From a virus (taxonomy: Duplodnaviria > Caudoviricetes): a DNA stretch of 61,323 bases. Within the stretch, counting starts at the first letter, position 1; the number at the start of each line of letters is the position of its first letter. This document shows, one piece after another, positions 17,927 through 26,828 of this stretch. The translations under genes and the position numbers were made by a program. Under the pieces are notes generated by a model. The model did not search any database. It was not told where the DNA came from and saw only the letters and a list, made by a program, of their open reading frames with translations. The stretch spans positions 1-61,323 of IMG/VR virus record IMGVR_UViG_3300023174_007841. One strand, 5' to 3'.

Positions 17927-19878
17927 GCGATGGTCTCCGAACCAAATACACGGTCCTTATTCGCCATCACGGTCGGCTCAGATTTTTTAATAACTAACCA
18001 TGGCGTCGGTTTGGAGAAATCAACACGGTGGTGAAAGATCCAACCACCAAGTTCAGTCTTCATACGAATTGCAAGATCTTTAATCTCCTCGTCAGTCACG
18101 TCGGACCATTTTTTATCAAAAAACTTATTATTCTCTGGGACGTCTTCTTGTGCTTGATTATAGAGTGAAGTCCAGTGGCGTGACCAGAAGCCCTTATAGG
18201 TGTGGATCTTCCTCTCGAGATCATACCAAGAATAATGATAAACTCCAGGGAGTTGTTCCACGACTTGATTAAGCCAATTTTCATAAGCCACGAGAGCTTG
18301 TTTGTTACCACTCATCGCCGCTCGGCGAGCAGAATCGACTTCATTCGTGTAGAACGATACGCATGGTACATTTTCCAGCGTATCCCTATAGATGTAATCG
18401 TCGCCATCTGAACCGATAGAGAACATGGTACCCTCATCGTCAAATCTACGATGTGATTTTGGTAGACCATGGGTGATATTGGGGTTATTTCGACTGAGTC
18501 GCCACTTCCATGGATTGATGTCGACTCGAACCTTTTCTGGACCACCCCAATATTCAATGACTGGCAGCGCAATGAGATCGACACCTTTTGGAAATTTTTT
18601 CACAAGATCAAGAACTTTGACGTAATCATCTTCGTGAACAACTTCGTCGATATCTACCTGCCAACAGAAGTCCGCTGTACATTTCGCTCGAGCTTCGGCT
18701 TTTTGTTGACCGTTGAAGAGAGCAAATCGCTTGTCGTTCCAGTCTCTGACTACCTGGAATGGTTTGACGCGAGGATCGAGCTTTTGAATTTCTAGAAGAC
18801 GCTCCCAAGTTCCATCTGTGGATCCACCGTCGACGATGACAACCTCATCGCAAAAACCTAGAAGAGACTTGATAGATTGTTCCCAGGGGTAGTTTTGTTC
18901 GATGCAGTTTCGAGTTTGCGTATAACCGCTAATCGTGGGCTTATAGTTCATCATATTTCTAATTCCGTTCCAAAATAGTCCTGGTGCTGCGTAGAGGTAT
19001 TCTTCGATCGATTCAACATCGTCTGTGGCGAACCATTCTTCGTCCTTGTGCTGAACGTTATCATTAAGATGAAGTTCGCACCCTAAAATTTTGGCTTCGA
19101 TAACCATACGAGGGCACGTGTCTTTTCCTTTGGGAAGATATACGAAACCTTCTGCTGCTGCCATTTTTGCAAGAGTCGTTTCGTATGGCACGTTCCACAA
19201 TACTTCAAAGTCCTTATCATTTTCTTGACACCAAATCTTTGCGTCGTCGAAACCTTTTATCCACGATTCCGACCCTAGGGTTATCCAGGTTTTTCGTTCC
19301 TCGTTGGACTTCTTGATGCCTTCTCTGAGCGCCCTGATGGTCCCTAAAGTTTTTTTATCAAATACGCTGGATAGAACAATACTTGATTTTTCCAATAAAA
19401 ACGGGAATAGGCTGGTGTAATGGGATTTTTGTCCCTCAGACATCCACCACATTCCTTCGGCACCGTGATAAAAGGCCGAAATTAATTTCCCATTAATTTG
19501 TTCGTGGCAATCGCATTGTTGTTTGGCGATACTAGCGTGTTTTTCTGGGGATCTATAGCGACAATACTTGTAATCATATTCTAGGATTGAATACTTGAGA
19601 TTAGCAACTATGCTGGGGATTAATTGTGGATTAAGAGCCGAAAAATTCCCAAATATCCAAAACTTGTCTACTCCTTGCCTCAGTAAGTCCATCGTAAGTT
19701 CTTGAGACTTAAGTTTCATGACTTTAAAAGGGGATTCTACGATGAGAGCTTCAGAAGTCAGTTCTGCTCCGCCGACATAATCTTCAACAAATAAATCGGC
19801 AACAAAAATTATTTGAGCTTGAGAGTCTATTTGAATTTTCTGTCCAAATATTTCTTCTTTTAGATTAAATGTAGACAT
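17923..19878 (-). CDS. Two-domain glycosyltransferase (GT4-like N-terminus fused to GT2)
   Basis: N-terminal half: GGAELT, KG, DTCPRMVIEAKILGC. C-terminal half: DEVVIVDGGSTDGT, WQVDIDE. Confidence 0.85.
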   Translation of the reverse strand: MSTFNLKEEIFGQKIQIDSQAQIIFVADLFVEDYVGGAELTSEALIVESPFKVMKLKSQELTMDLLRQGVDKFWIFGNFSALNPQLIPSIVANLKYSILEYDYKYCRYRSPEKHASIAKQQCDCHEQINGKLISAFYHGAEGMWWMSEGQKSHYTSLFPFLLEKSSIVLSSVFDKKTLGTIRALREGIKKSNEERKTWITLGSESWIKGFDDAKIWCQENDKDFEVLWNVPYETTLAKMAAAEGFVYLPKGKDTCPRMVIEAKILGCELHLNDNVQHKDEEWFATDDVESIEEYLYAAPGLFWNGIRNMMNYKPTISGYTQTRNCIEQNYPWEQSIKSLLGFCDEVVIVDGGSTDGTWERLLEIQKLDPRVKPFQVVRDWNDKRFALFNGQQKAEARAKCTADFCWQVDIDEVVHEDDYVKVLDLVKKFPKGVDLIALPVIEYWGGPEKVRVDINPWKWRLSRNNPNITHGLPKSHRRFDDEGTMFSIGSDGDDYIYRDTLENVPCVSFYTNEVDSARRAAMSGNKQALVAYENWLNQVVEQLPGVYHYSWYDLERKIHTYKGFWSRHWTSLYNQAQEDVPENNKFFDKKWSDVTDEEIKDLAIRMKTELGGWIFHHRVDFSKPTPWLVIKKSEPTVMANKDRVFGSETIA

Positions 19879-19926
19879 ATTTAATATTCTGAATGATCTT
19901 ATTATCTGTAAAATTTAAATCTTTAT

Positions 19927-19944
19927 TTAGATAAATTTATCTAA
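19927..19944. promoter_or_regulatory. Perfect 18-bp palindrome in the divergent intergenic region
   Basis: TTAGATAAATTTATCTAA is its own reverse complement. It lies between the glycan operon (minus) and the 19982 ORF (plus). Function inferred only. Confidence 0.45.
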
Positions 19945-19981
19945 TATTTTTACTAGAAAATAATACTTAACCTAGGGTCGT

Positions 19982-20512
19982 ATGAACAAAAAAACTTTTC
20001 ACAAAAGAATTGTTGAAGAGGATGAATATGGTAACGATTCAGAGGATCAAAATTCTCGAAGCTTATTGAAAAATATTCACAATAAGATAGACAAAAGCGC
20101 TGCTTTAAATGGCGGATTTGATAGACTTTTATTTAAGATAGACGGCATCGAAAAAAGTCAAATTCAAATCGTCGACAAGGTCGATAAAATACACGAAGCT
20201 ATCTATAATCCCGACGATGGACTTTTTTCTAGGATAGCAGCTAACAAAGCGTCTCAAATAGAGGCTGTGACCATGGTAGAAAAACAACTCATTGAAATTT
20301 CTAGCTGGAAACAACAATATGAAGACGACAGCGAAAATTGTGAAAAAGAGACCGACGAAATACAGAACAAAATAATTAAAATCGAAAAAGCTTTAGACGA
20401 TCTAGAAAAATTTAAATCACTAGCTGCAGCTGCTGGTAAATGGGCTGCTGCAGCCGTCGGTGGCGCCATAGTTTCTTACGTAGCCGAGATTATTTATAAA
20501 CTGGGAAAATAA
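19982..20512 (+). CDS. Coiled-coil protein with a C-terminal hydrophobic (probable transmembrane) segment
   Basis: Heptad-rich body, then LAAAAGKWAAAAVGGAIVSYVAEII. Confidence 0.6.
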   Translation: MNKKTFHKRIVEEDEYGNDSEDQNSRSLLKNIHNKIDKSAALNGGFDRLLFKIDGIEKSQIQIVDKVDKIHEAIYNPDDGLFSRIAANKASQIEAVTMVEKQLIEISSWKQQYEDDSENCEKETDEIQNKIIKIEKALDDLEKFKSLAAAAGKWAAAAVGGAIVSYVAEIIYKLGK

Positions 20513-20553
20513 AACCAGTTGAACACTTCTATAGTTTTCTTTATTATTATTTT

Positions 20554-21711
20554 GTGGAAATAGTTACTGAAGGACTAGATCGGTGTTTGATAGATGTTTT
20601 AAACAAATACGAAAGTTGTTTTAACTCTAATTTGGGACTGCAAAATTTACAGCAAATAAAATTTGAAAATTCTACGAAGGCAGCAGTTTCTAATTTGTTA
20701 TTGATGCATTTGTTGAAAGTAGAATCGTTATCAGCCGGAGCTGCTGATTTGATGCTACAATTTCTTTTTAACAAAGATAAAAAGAAAGACGAAGTCGGTA
20801 TTTGTCAAAAACTAGATTCTAGTTTGTTAAAAAGACTTTTATCATCGTACGTTGATAAGTCTTTGGAAGACCTGGTTAACGAATCGCTAAATTTAGCTGG
20901 ATTAACTGGCAAAGTGGTATTGATAAAACAACGCCCGCAGCAAGATAAAGATGTACTGGAATTGAACGACGGTAGTTTCTTTTCCGACGTTATTTCAATA
21001 CTAAAATTAAAAAACTCGAAATATCTAAACCCCAGAATCGTTTGTATCGATGGATATATCGAATCCGTTTCTGAAATACACCGCATACTAGAAGATGCAT
21101 CCAACCTAAAAGAGAATGTTTTTCTTTTTGTGAGAGGTATATCTGACGATGTCGCTCACACTCTCAAGGTTAATTACGATAGAGGCACTTTATCTGTGTT
21201 ACCATTCATCGTTAATTATGACTTAGATGGTGTTAATCTATTGAATGATATTGCAGTCGTTTCTGGTGGCGACGTAACGTCTTCTTTAAAAGGACAACTT
21301 ATAAATAATATCGATATATCGTGTGCCCCGCGTGTTGACTATATCAGCACCAGCGATTCAGGAGTATTGATAGAAAATGTTGCAACCAAAGCGAACGTAG
21401 ATCAACACATAAATTTTCTTCAAAAAAAATTATTAGAACTTGATCAAGTAGCCGCTAAAGATCTTATTTCAAAAAGAATAAAAAATCTTGGCTCCAATAG
21501 AGTTACGATCTCTTTGAGAATAGATCAAAATATTTCTAAAAGAAGTTTTATGATCGACCGCGCGCTGAGAGCTACAAAAATAGCTTCAACCCACGGAGTC
21601 GTCGAAGTTAACGATAGGCTATATCCGTTAACTTCTTTTACGATAGCCAAGCTCTATTGTCAACAATTTTTAAACGAGTATCGTAATCTAGGCACTATTA
21701 TTTCAATTTAG
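20554..21711 (+). CDS. Degenerate GroEL/Cpn60-like chaperonin (apical and intermediate domains retained)
   Basis: Collinear GroEL-like segments: LELNDGSFF, NPRIVCIDGYIESVSEIHRILE, TLKVNYDRGTLSV, LLNDIAVVSGG, KRIKNLG, RALRATKIA..GVV. Only 385 aa, with no GDGTTT. Confidence 0.8.
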   Translation: MEIVTEGLDRCLIDVLNKYESCFNSNLGLQNLQQIKFENSTKAAVSNLLLMHLLKVESLSAGAADLMLQFLFNKDKKKDEVGICQKLDSSLLKRLLSSYVDKSLEDLVNESLNLAGLTGKVVLIKQRPQQDKDVLELNDGSFFSDVISILKLKNSKYLNPRIVCIDGYIESVSEIHRILEDASNLKENVFLFVRGISDDVAHTLKVNYDRGTLSVLPFIVNYDLDGVNLLNDIAVVSGGDVTSSLKGQLINNIDISCAPRVDYISTSDSGVLIENVATKANVDQHINFLQKKLLELDQVAAKDLISKRIKNLGSNRVTISLRIDQNISKRSFMIDRALRATKIASTHGVVEVNDRLYPLTSFTIAKLYCQQFLNEYRNLGTIISI

Positions 21712-22877
21712 TTTGGAAGCCCCGCTGCGTCTTTTCCTTTTCCTTGTGCTGCCGCTACGACGCCTCGAACAAATGCTTGTTGCGGATTTTGATTATTTTC
21801 TTTATCTTGACCTTGCTTTTTTTGTTTTTCTTCTTGGTCTTTTTTCATCTTTTTTAAGTTGGCGTCGATCTTCTTTTGAATTTCTGTTTTAAATTCTTTT
21901 TCAAAATCCGACATCAAACCCCTAACGAATCCGTCGGTTTGTTCATCGTCAATATTTTTTTCGGCCATTAGTTCTTGTAGTGTCGGTATGACCAATGAAG
22001 CCTCGTACGATCCAACTTCGTAATTCATTTTTTTCATTAATGCGGTTAATGCCTTACCGTCTGATATCCCGGCATTTTTTGCCGCGGTTTGTGTGGCTTT
22101 AGTTAACGCTGATTTTATTTTTTCTGATGGTGCCTTACCTGGTTCGTTGGTTTTTTCTTCACCAGCTTTTCCTTCTTTATCAGAAACTACTTCGGGTTTT
22201 GTTAAATTAGGATCGATGTTTCCACTCGTTGTACCCGTCTTTAAAACTTTTGAAATTTCTCCAAGTTGTCCTGGAGTCGCGAAGAATAAATCAGCGACTA
22301 ATTTAGGTGTATCAATACCGGGAATCGTTTTAAATATCTTTCCAAAAGTTCCTGCTGGAATAAATGCTTTAACTAAGTTATTTTCAATAGTCTTTCTTAC
22401 TTTTTCATCCGCAAGAACGCGCAACGTTTGCTTCATTTTATCTTTATCTTTTTCGATATCAGGGATGTTATTTTTTAAAACCGTAGGAAGAATTTTAAAT
22501 CCAGCTTCGAGCGCGCTTACCATTGCTAGTCCTCCAAGTATTGGGTTCTTCGCAGGCGCTTTGCTAAATAAACTGCTCATTTTTCCCTTAAATCTCGAAA
22601 AACCAGTGCCACCTGTGAAATTATTAATTTCTTTTATAACTTCATCGATAGCACCAGAAAGTAGAATCATTCCTGCATTCTTGGCAAGATCATTTATTTG
22701 TGTAAGTTTTTCAATAATTTCGGTTGCTTCTTGATACTCTTTTTCGTCTAAAGCTTCAAGTAACATTTCTACTTGATAGTCGACATTATTTTCCAGCAAC
22801 GCACCTTCGACATTTTTTACTTTAGTCTTAAGTTCGTTCAATTTCTTTAACTTATAATTTCGTTTTAGTGTTGTCAT
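21708..22877 (-). CDS. Hypothetical protein, possibly an internal head protein
   Basis: 389-aa helical, Lys/Glu-rich ORF with an ATATTTA motif upstream (22913-22919, minus) and LLE motifs near the N-terminus. Confidence 0.6.
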   Translation of the reverse strand: MTTLKRNYKLKKLNELKTKVKNVEGALLENNVDYQVEMLLEALDEKEYQEATEIIEKLTQINDLAKNAGMILLSGAIDEVIKEINNFTGGTGFSRFKGKMSSLFSKAPAKNPILGGLAMVSALEAGFKILPTVLKNNIPDIEKDKDKMKQTLRVLADEKVRKTIENNLVKAFIPAGTFGKIFKTIPGIDTPKLVADLFFATPGQLGEISKVLKTGTTSGNIDPNLTKPEVVSDKEGKAGEEKTNEPGKAPSEKIKSALTKATQTAAKNAGISDGKALTALMKKMNYEVGSYEASLVIPTLQELMAEKNIDDEQTDGFVRGLMSDFEKEFKTEIQKKIDANLKKMKKDQEEKQKKQGQDKENNQNPQQAFVRGVVAAAQGKGKDAAGLPN

Positions 22878-22945
22878 TGCTCTCTCGGCGATGCGACGTT
22901 TACTGATATCGATAAATATTGTATTCTTTTTTTTGGGTGGTAAAA

Positions 22946-23209
22946 ATGAATCAAGTAGATAAAATATCTAAAGAAGTTTTGAATTTACTTAATTATTCTA
23001 AAGACGTAACAACTATCAGTTTAAATTCTGCAAATAATTCTGGTAAACTTGAACCCAAGTTAACTGATGATCAACTTAGATTAGTCGTTAACTTGGTTGA
23101 AAATTCCTTGTCTCAAGGTTATCAAAATGGTTTAAATACCTTTCAAAAGACGCTAAAGACGACTCTTGAAATTAAGGTCGCTGATGAAACTACAAAAAAG
23201 AAAAAATGA
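22946..23209 (+). CDS. Hypothetical protein
   Basis: ATG 22946 after a GGGTGG SD-like sequence. Coupled to the next gene. Confidence 0.65.
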   Translation: MNQVDKISKEVLNLLNYSKDVTTISLNSANNSGKLEPKLTDDQLRLVVNLVENSLSQGYQNGLNTFQKTLKTTLEIKVADETTKKKK

Positions 23210-23676
23210 GTAGAGGACAAAAACACCTCGTTAAGTGCCGGTGTGTTCTACCTCAGTTCAAAAAACTAGAGAATCCACCGCCTCATCATTTTATCGTTTT
23301 TTCTGCTTTAGACGATGGAGGAAACGTTACAATTAAATATGCTCAATGCAACAATTGCGGAATTATACACAAGGTCATCGATGTTTGTAAGTCAGAGATA
23401 TTGCCTACCAAAGAAAACATGAATTCTTTGTTAAGAGTCGAAGATATTAAGCCTTCTTTGCATTCTAATTTTGTTAACGTACTTGAAGCAAACTCTGCTG
23501 ACCTCGCAACTTGGGAAGCCGTGCGATTTATTATAGAAAATAAAAATTGGGGAGAATTCGTGGTTATGACCAGCGAACATGAAGGCGCCGAAATTCATGG
23601 TAAGTATATCGTAGTATTGAGCGATTCGCTTTGCAAAGTAGAAACCTTTACTAGATCTTCAGGATTATTGATATGA
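23206..23676 (+). CDS. Hypothetical protein with Cys motifs (possible Zn binding)
   Basis: CRC...CNNC...C. ATGA coupling at both ends. Confidence 0.7.
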   Translation: MSRGQKHLVKCRCVLPQFKKLENPPPHHFIVFSALDDGGNVTIKYAQCNNCGIIHKVIDVCKSEILPTKENMNSLLRVEDIKPSLHSNFVNVLEANSADLATWEAVRFIIENKNWGEFVVMTSEHEGAEIHGKYIVVLSDSLCKVETFTRSSGLLI

Positions 23677-23909
23677 GCGAACTTTACGGAAAAACGAACG
23701 CAGATAAGTTAGCTGAAGAAAACATAGTTGCTCGAAAAATTGTTAGCGAGATAACACAATTTGGAATATCTGAAAGACAAAAATATCTTGTCATGTATTA
23801 TCTAAGTCTAGAATTAGAAAACATTGAACACACCCAGAATATTTCTGGGTTTTTAAAAGAATTAGTACCGAGCTTAACGATCACTGGAATATACGAAGGG
23901 AGCACGTGA
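23673..23909 (+). CDS. Hypothetical protein
   Basis: 78-aa ORF coupled between its neighbours. Confidence 0.65.
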   Translation: MSELYGKTNADKLAEENIVARKIVSEITQFGISERQKYLVMYYLSLELENIEHTQNISGFLKELVPSLTITGIYEGST

Positions 23910-24508
23910 TGGGCAGATCAGTTAGTGCAGCTTATAAGAATAAATCAAATAGTATCGATGATTCTTACTATATCTCGAGTCTCGCCCATGGTGCAGATGA
24001 TAGACTCGTAGTTCTTCATGGAGAAGTCAACGAACATTCCATATCGAGCGTCATAGTCCAGCTTCTTCATCTTGCCAATCAAAACCATAGACCAATCCAC
24101 TTAGTGATATCAACTTACGGTGGTTCTGTCGACGAGATGTTTTCTCTTTATGATACGATTAAGTTTCTACCGTGTCCTGTTCACACGATTGCTTTAGGCA
24201 AAGTTATGTCTGCTGGTGTTTTGCTTCTTGCGTCTGGCGTTAAAGGTAAAAGAATGATTGGTCGTTCTGCTCGCATCATGATTCACCCTATTTCAGGTGG
24301 AGTTTTGGGAAATGTTTTCGAGGCCATGAACGAAATGAAGGAATTCGAGCGGTTACAAGATTTGATGGTTTCTGCGCTCATGTCAGAAACAACAATGAAA
24401 AAAGAAGAAATAGATAAACTCATGAAGGCAGGTCACGACTTTTTCGTGACGCCAGAGCAAGCTATTAAGATGGGGATTGTCGATAAGATAATCGGCGATA
24501 AAAAGTAA
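23906..24508 (+). CDS. clpP: ATP-dependent Clp protease proteolytic subunit
   Basis: ISTYGGSV, GKVMSAG (catalytic Ser), RIMIHP (His), HDFF..PEQA..MGIVDKI (Asp). Confidence 0.92.
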   Translation: MMGRSVSAAYKNKSNSIDDSYYISSLAHGADDRLVVLHGEVNEHSISSVIVQLLHLANQNHRPIHLVISTYGGSVDEMFSLYDTIKFLPCPVHTIALGKVMSAGVLLLASGVKGKRMIGRSARIMIHPISGGVLGNVFEAMNEMKEFERLQDLMVSALMSETTMKKEEIDKLMKAGHDFFVTPEQAIKMGIVDKIIGDKK

Positions 24509-24509
24509 T

Positions 24510-24545
24510 TTGCAAATTAGCACGGCATTGGTGTATCATTAACTG
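24510..24545 (+). promoter_or_regulatory. Putative sigma70-like promoter giving a leaderless transcript
   Basis: TTGCAA-N18-TATCAT-N6-ATG. No SD before the helicase start. Confidence 0.55.
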
Positions 24546-26195
24546 ATGCCAAAGCACCCATACGATCACTATTTTCCATTTTCAAAAATCAGGAAAGAGC
24601 AGCGTATTGCTATTGAATATGCTCTTGAAGCATTTGAAAGTGGAAAAAAGCGTGTAGTTCTTGAATTGGGCACAGGCGTTGGTAAATCAGCTACGGGTAT
24701 ATGCGTGGCTAGATATATGGAGGCTCATGGAACATCGCTGTATGATCAAAAAGGCGACGTTCTTACAGGGGCTTACGTCATTACCACGCAAAAGATACTG
24801 CAACAACAATATCTAAACGACTTTGGACCATCGACGGGCAAGGGTTTGGTTAGGTCTATTAAATCATCTAACAATTATCATTGTGAATTTTATGAAGATC
24901 AAACATGCGCAGAATCTAAAAGAATATTGTCCAAATTGAACAAGCAATTGACCGGAACAGAGTTTCAAAAACACTGTAAAGTTAGTTGTCCTTATTCTAT
25001 AGAGAAACAACAATTCGTAGAATCGCCCATTTCTATTACAAATTTTCCGTATATTCTTGCGGAGTCCACATACGCGGGTAAACTAGAACCCAGGGCATTA
25101 CTCATCATCGATGAAGCTCACAATATAGAAGCCGAATTGGGCAAGTTTATCGAAGTTACTTTTTCTGAAAAATTTGCGAGAGATATTGTTAAGTGTAAAC
25201 CCCCTCGTAATGATTCACAAACTATTATCTACGAGTGGATAAAAACTACTTATTTGAAGGCTCTAAAGAAGCACATGTCTTCGTTAGAAAAATCATTATT
25301 AAAACTTAGTAACGATATCGAAGGATATGGAATACATTCAAAACAATACGAGATTTTAGATAAGCATCTCAATAAAATTGATAAATTTATTGAGGTCTAC
25401 AAACCTGAAAATTGGATAATGAATGTAGCTCTTCCGGCGTTCGATAACAAAAAAGCTGGTAAGAAATACGAATTTAAGTCTATTGATGTTTCTCCATATA
25501 GTCAAGATACTCTCTTTAAGCTAGGTGGCAGGGTACTCATGATGTCTGCTACCATTGTTGATAAAGATATTTTTTGTTCGTCTCTAGGTTTAGACCCAAA
25601 CGAAGTAGCGTATCTATCTATTCCCTCTCCGTTTCCTGTCGAGAATAGACCTATTCACTATATTTCAGCGGGTAGTATGTCAAAATCGGCAATAGAAAAA
25701 ACGCTACCAGTAATCGTTGAAACATTAAAAATGCTACTTGATAAACATGGAACAGACAAGGGCATAATTCATTGCACCAACTATAGAGTTGCCAAATATA
25801 TACGGGAAAATATTGACTCGCGGCGATTGTTGTTACATGACTCGAATAACAGAGACGAAGTTTTAAAACTACATATTGACAGTGTAGAACCCACTGTTCT
25901 TTTGAGTCCGTCGATGATGGAAGGCGTAGACCTAAAGGATAACTTAAGTAGATTTCAAATAATTTGTAAGGTTCCATTTCCCTACTTGGGAGACCTAGTG
26001 GTAAAGAAGAGAATGGAACTCAACAACAAGTGGTATCCTTATACGACTGCCAAATCTATCATTCAGTCGCTGGGTAGATCTATCAGAAATGAAACTGACC
26101 ACGCTATTTCTTATATTCTCGATAGCGATTGGGAGAGGTTCTATAGGATGAATAGCGATTTATTTCCGAAAGAATTTAACACGGTTATTTGTTGA
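24546..26195 (+). CDS. DinG/YoaA/XPD-family SF2 helicase with Fe-S Cys
   Basis: Q motif (RKEQ), GTGVGKS, four Cys ending in CPY, IIDEAH, MSAT, EGVD, KVPFP, QSLGRSIR..D. Confidence 0.92.
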   Translation: MPKHPYDHYFPFSKIRKEQRIAIEYALEAFESGKKRVVLELGTGVGKSATGICVARYMEAHGTSLYDQKGDVLTGAYVITTQKILQQQYLNDFGPSTGKGLVRSIKSSNNYHCEFYEDQTCAESKRILSKLNKQLTGTEFQKHCKVSCPYSIEKQQFVESPISITNFPYILAESTYAGKLEPRALLIIDEAHNIEAELGKFIEVTFSEKFARDIVKCKPPRNDSQTIIYEWIKTTYLKALKKHMSSLEKSLLKLSNDIEGYGIHSKQYEILDKHLNKIDKFIEVYKPENWIMNVALPAFDNKKAGKKYEFKSIDVSPYSQDTLFKLGGRVLMMSATIVDKDIFCSSLGLDPNEVAYLSIPSPFPVENRPIHYISAGSMSKSAIEKTLPVIVETLKMLLDKHGTDKGIIHCTNYRVAKYIRENIDSRRLLLHDSNNRDEVLKLHIDSVEPTVLLSPSMMEGVDLKDNLSRFQIICKVPFPYLGDLVVKKRMELNNKWYPYTTAKSIIQSLGRSIRNETDHAISYILDSDWERFYRMNSDLFPKEFNTVIC

Positions 26196-26253
26196 TTATA
26201 TTTACTGTGCGATTTCTAGAAATATATTCTAGATACATCTTAGGAGAAATATC

Positions 26254-26445
26254 ATGGATAATAGCCCTGTTTTGGATAAGTGGAACGAGCTTAAGACTTT
26301 GGTTGAAGCTCTCGAGTCAGACGTAGTAAAAAATGCTAAAGGAACTGCCGCAGCTGGAGTTCGAGCGCGTAAAGGTCTTCGTCAACTTCAAACAAAATCT
26401 AAGGAGCTCGTCAAGCTCACGATTGAGCTTGACAAGAAAGATTGA
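26254..26445 (+). CDS. Hc1/histone H1-like small DNA-binding protein
   Basis: LKTLVEALESDVVK..KGTAAAGVRARKGLRQL matches the Hc1-type core. Strong GGAG SD. Confidence 0.75.
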   Translation: MDNSPVLDKWNELKTLVEALESDVVKNAKGTAAAGVRARKGLRQLQTKSKELVKLTIELDKKD

Positions 26446-26828
26446 TTGTGCCTCGTCGTCACAACAGAGCGATTCTCGCCGATATTGTTAATCTAGGATT
26501 AGATCCTAAAAAAAATTATACTAGGGTTAACAAGGCTGGAAATTTGGTCGGCGACCTCGATTCGGCAAAAACCGAAGTCCGGGTCGAGCTTAAACAATCG
26601 CAAAAAGTTGAAGAACCAAAGGTAGAACCAAAGGTAGAACCAAAGGTAGAACCAAAGGTAGAACTTCCGATTAGCGAAGTACTATCTGAAGAATCGGTCG
26701 CAGAACATGAAAATATTTTATCTACTGAGACTATTGAAGAAATAGTCGAAGAAGTAAAAGTAGAAGAAATTCAAGTTAAGACGCCCCAATTGCCTAGTGG
26801 TAAAAGTGGTAAAAAAAAGAAAAAGTGA
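26442..26828 (+). CDS. Hypothetical low-complexity protein with EPKV repeats
   Basis: Acidic middle, basic tail, (EPKV)4. Start codon uncertain. Confidence 0.55.
   Translation: MIVPRRHNRAILADIVNLGLDPKKNYTRVNKAGNLVGDLDSAKTEVRVELKQSQKVEEPKVEPKVEPKVEPKVELPISEVLSEESVAEHENILSTETIEEIVEEVKVEEIQVKTPQLPSGKSGKKKKK
26613..26664 (+). repeat. 12-bp tandem repeat GAACCAAAGGTA x4
   Basis: Four identical in-frame copies plus a partial GAAC. Confidence 0.95.

Noticed and set aside
1-19878. Bacterial O-antigen/capsule locus, with the phage as a prophage or chimera
   Set aside because: No flippase, polymerase, initiating transferase or housekeeping genes, no integrase or att site, and similar sequence style on both sides. 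A phage-type Cas4-like gene is embedded in the cluster.
26613-26664. 12-bp repeat as a CRISPR-like or phase-variation element
   Set aside because: Head-to-tail with no spacers, and a multiple of three, so it only changes linker length.
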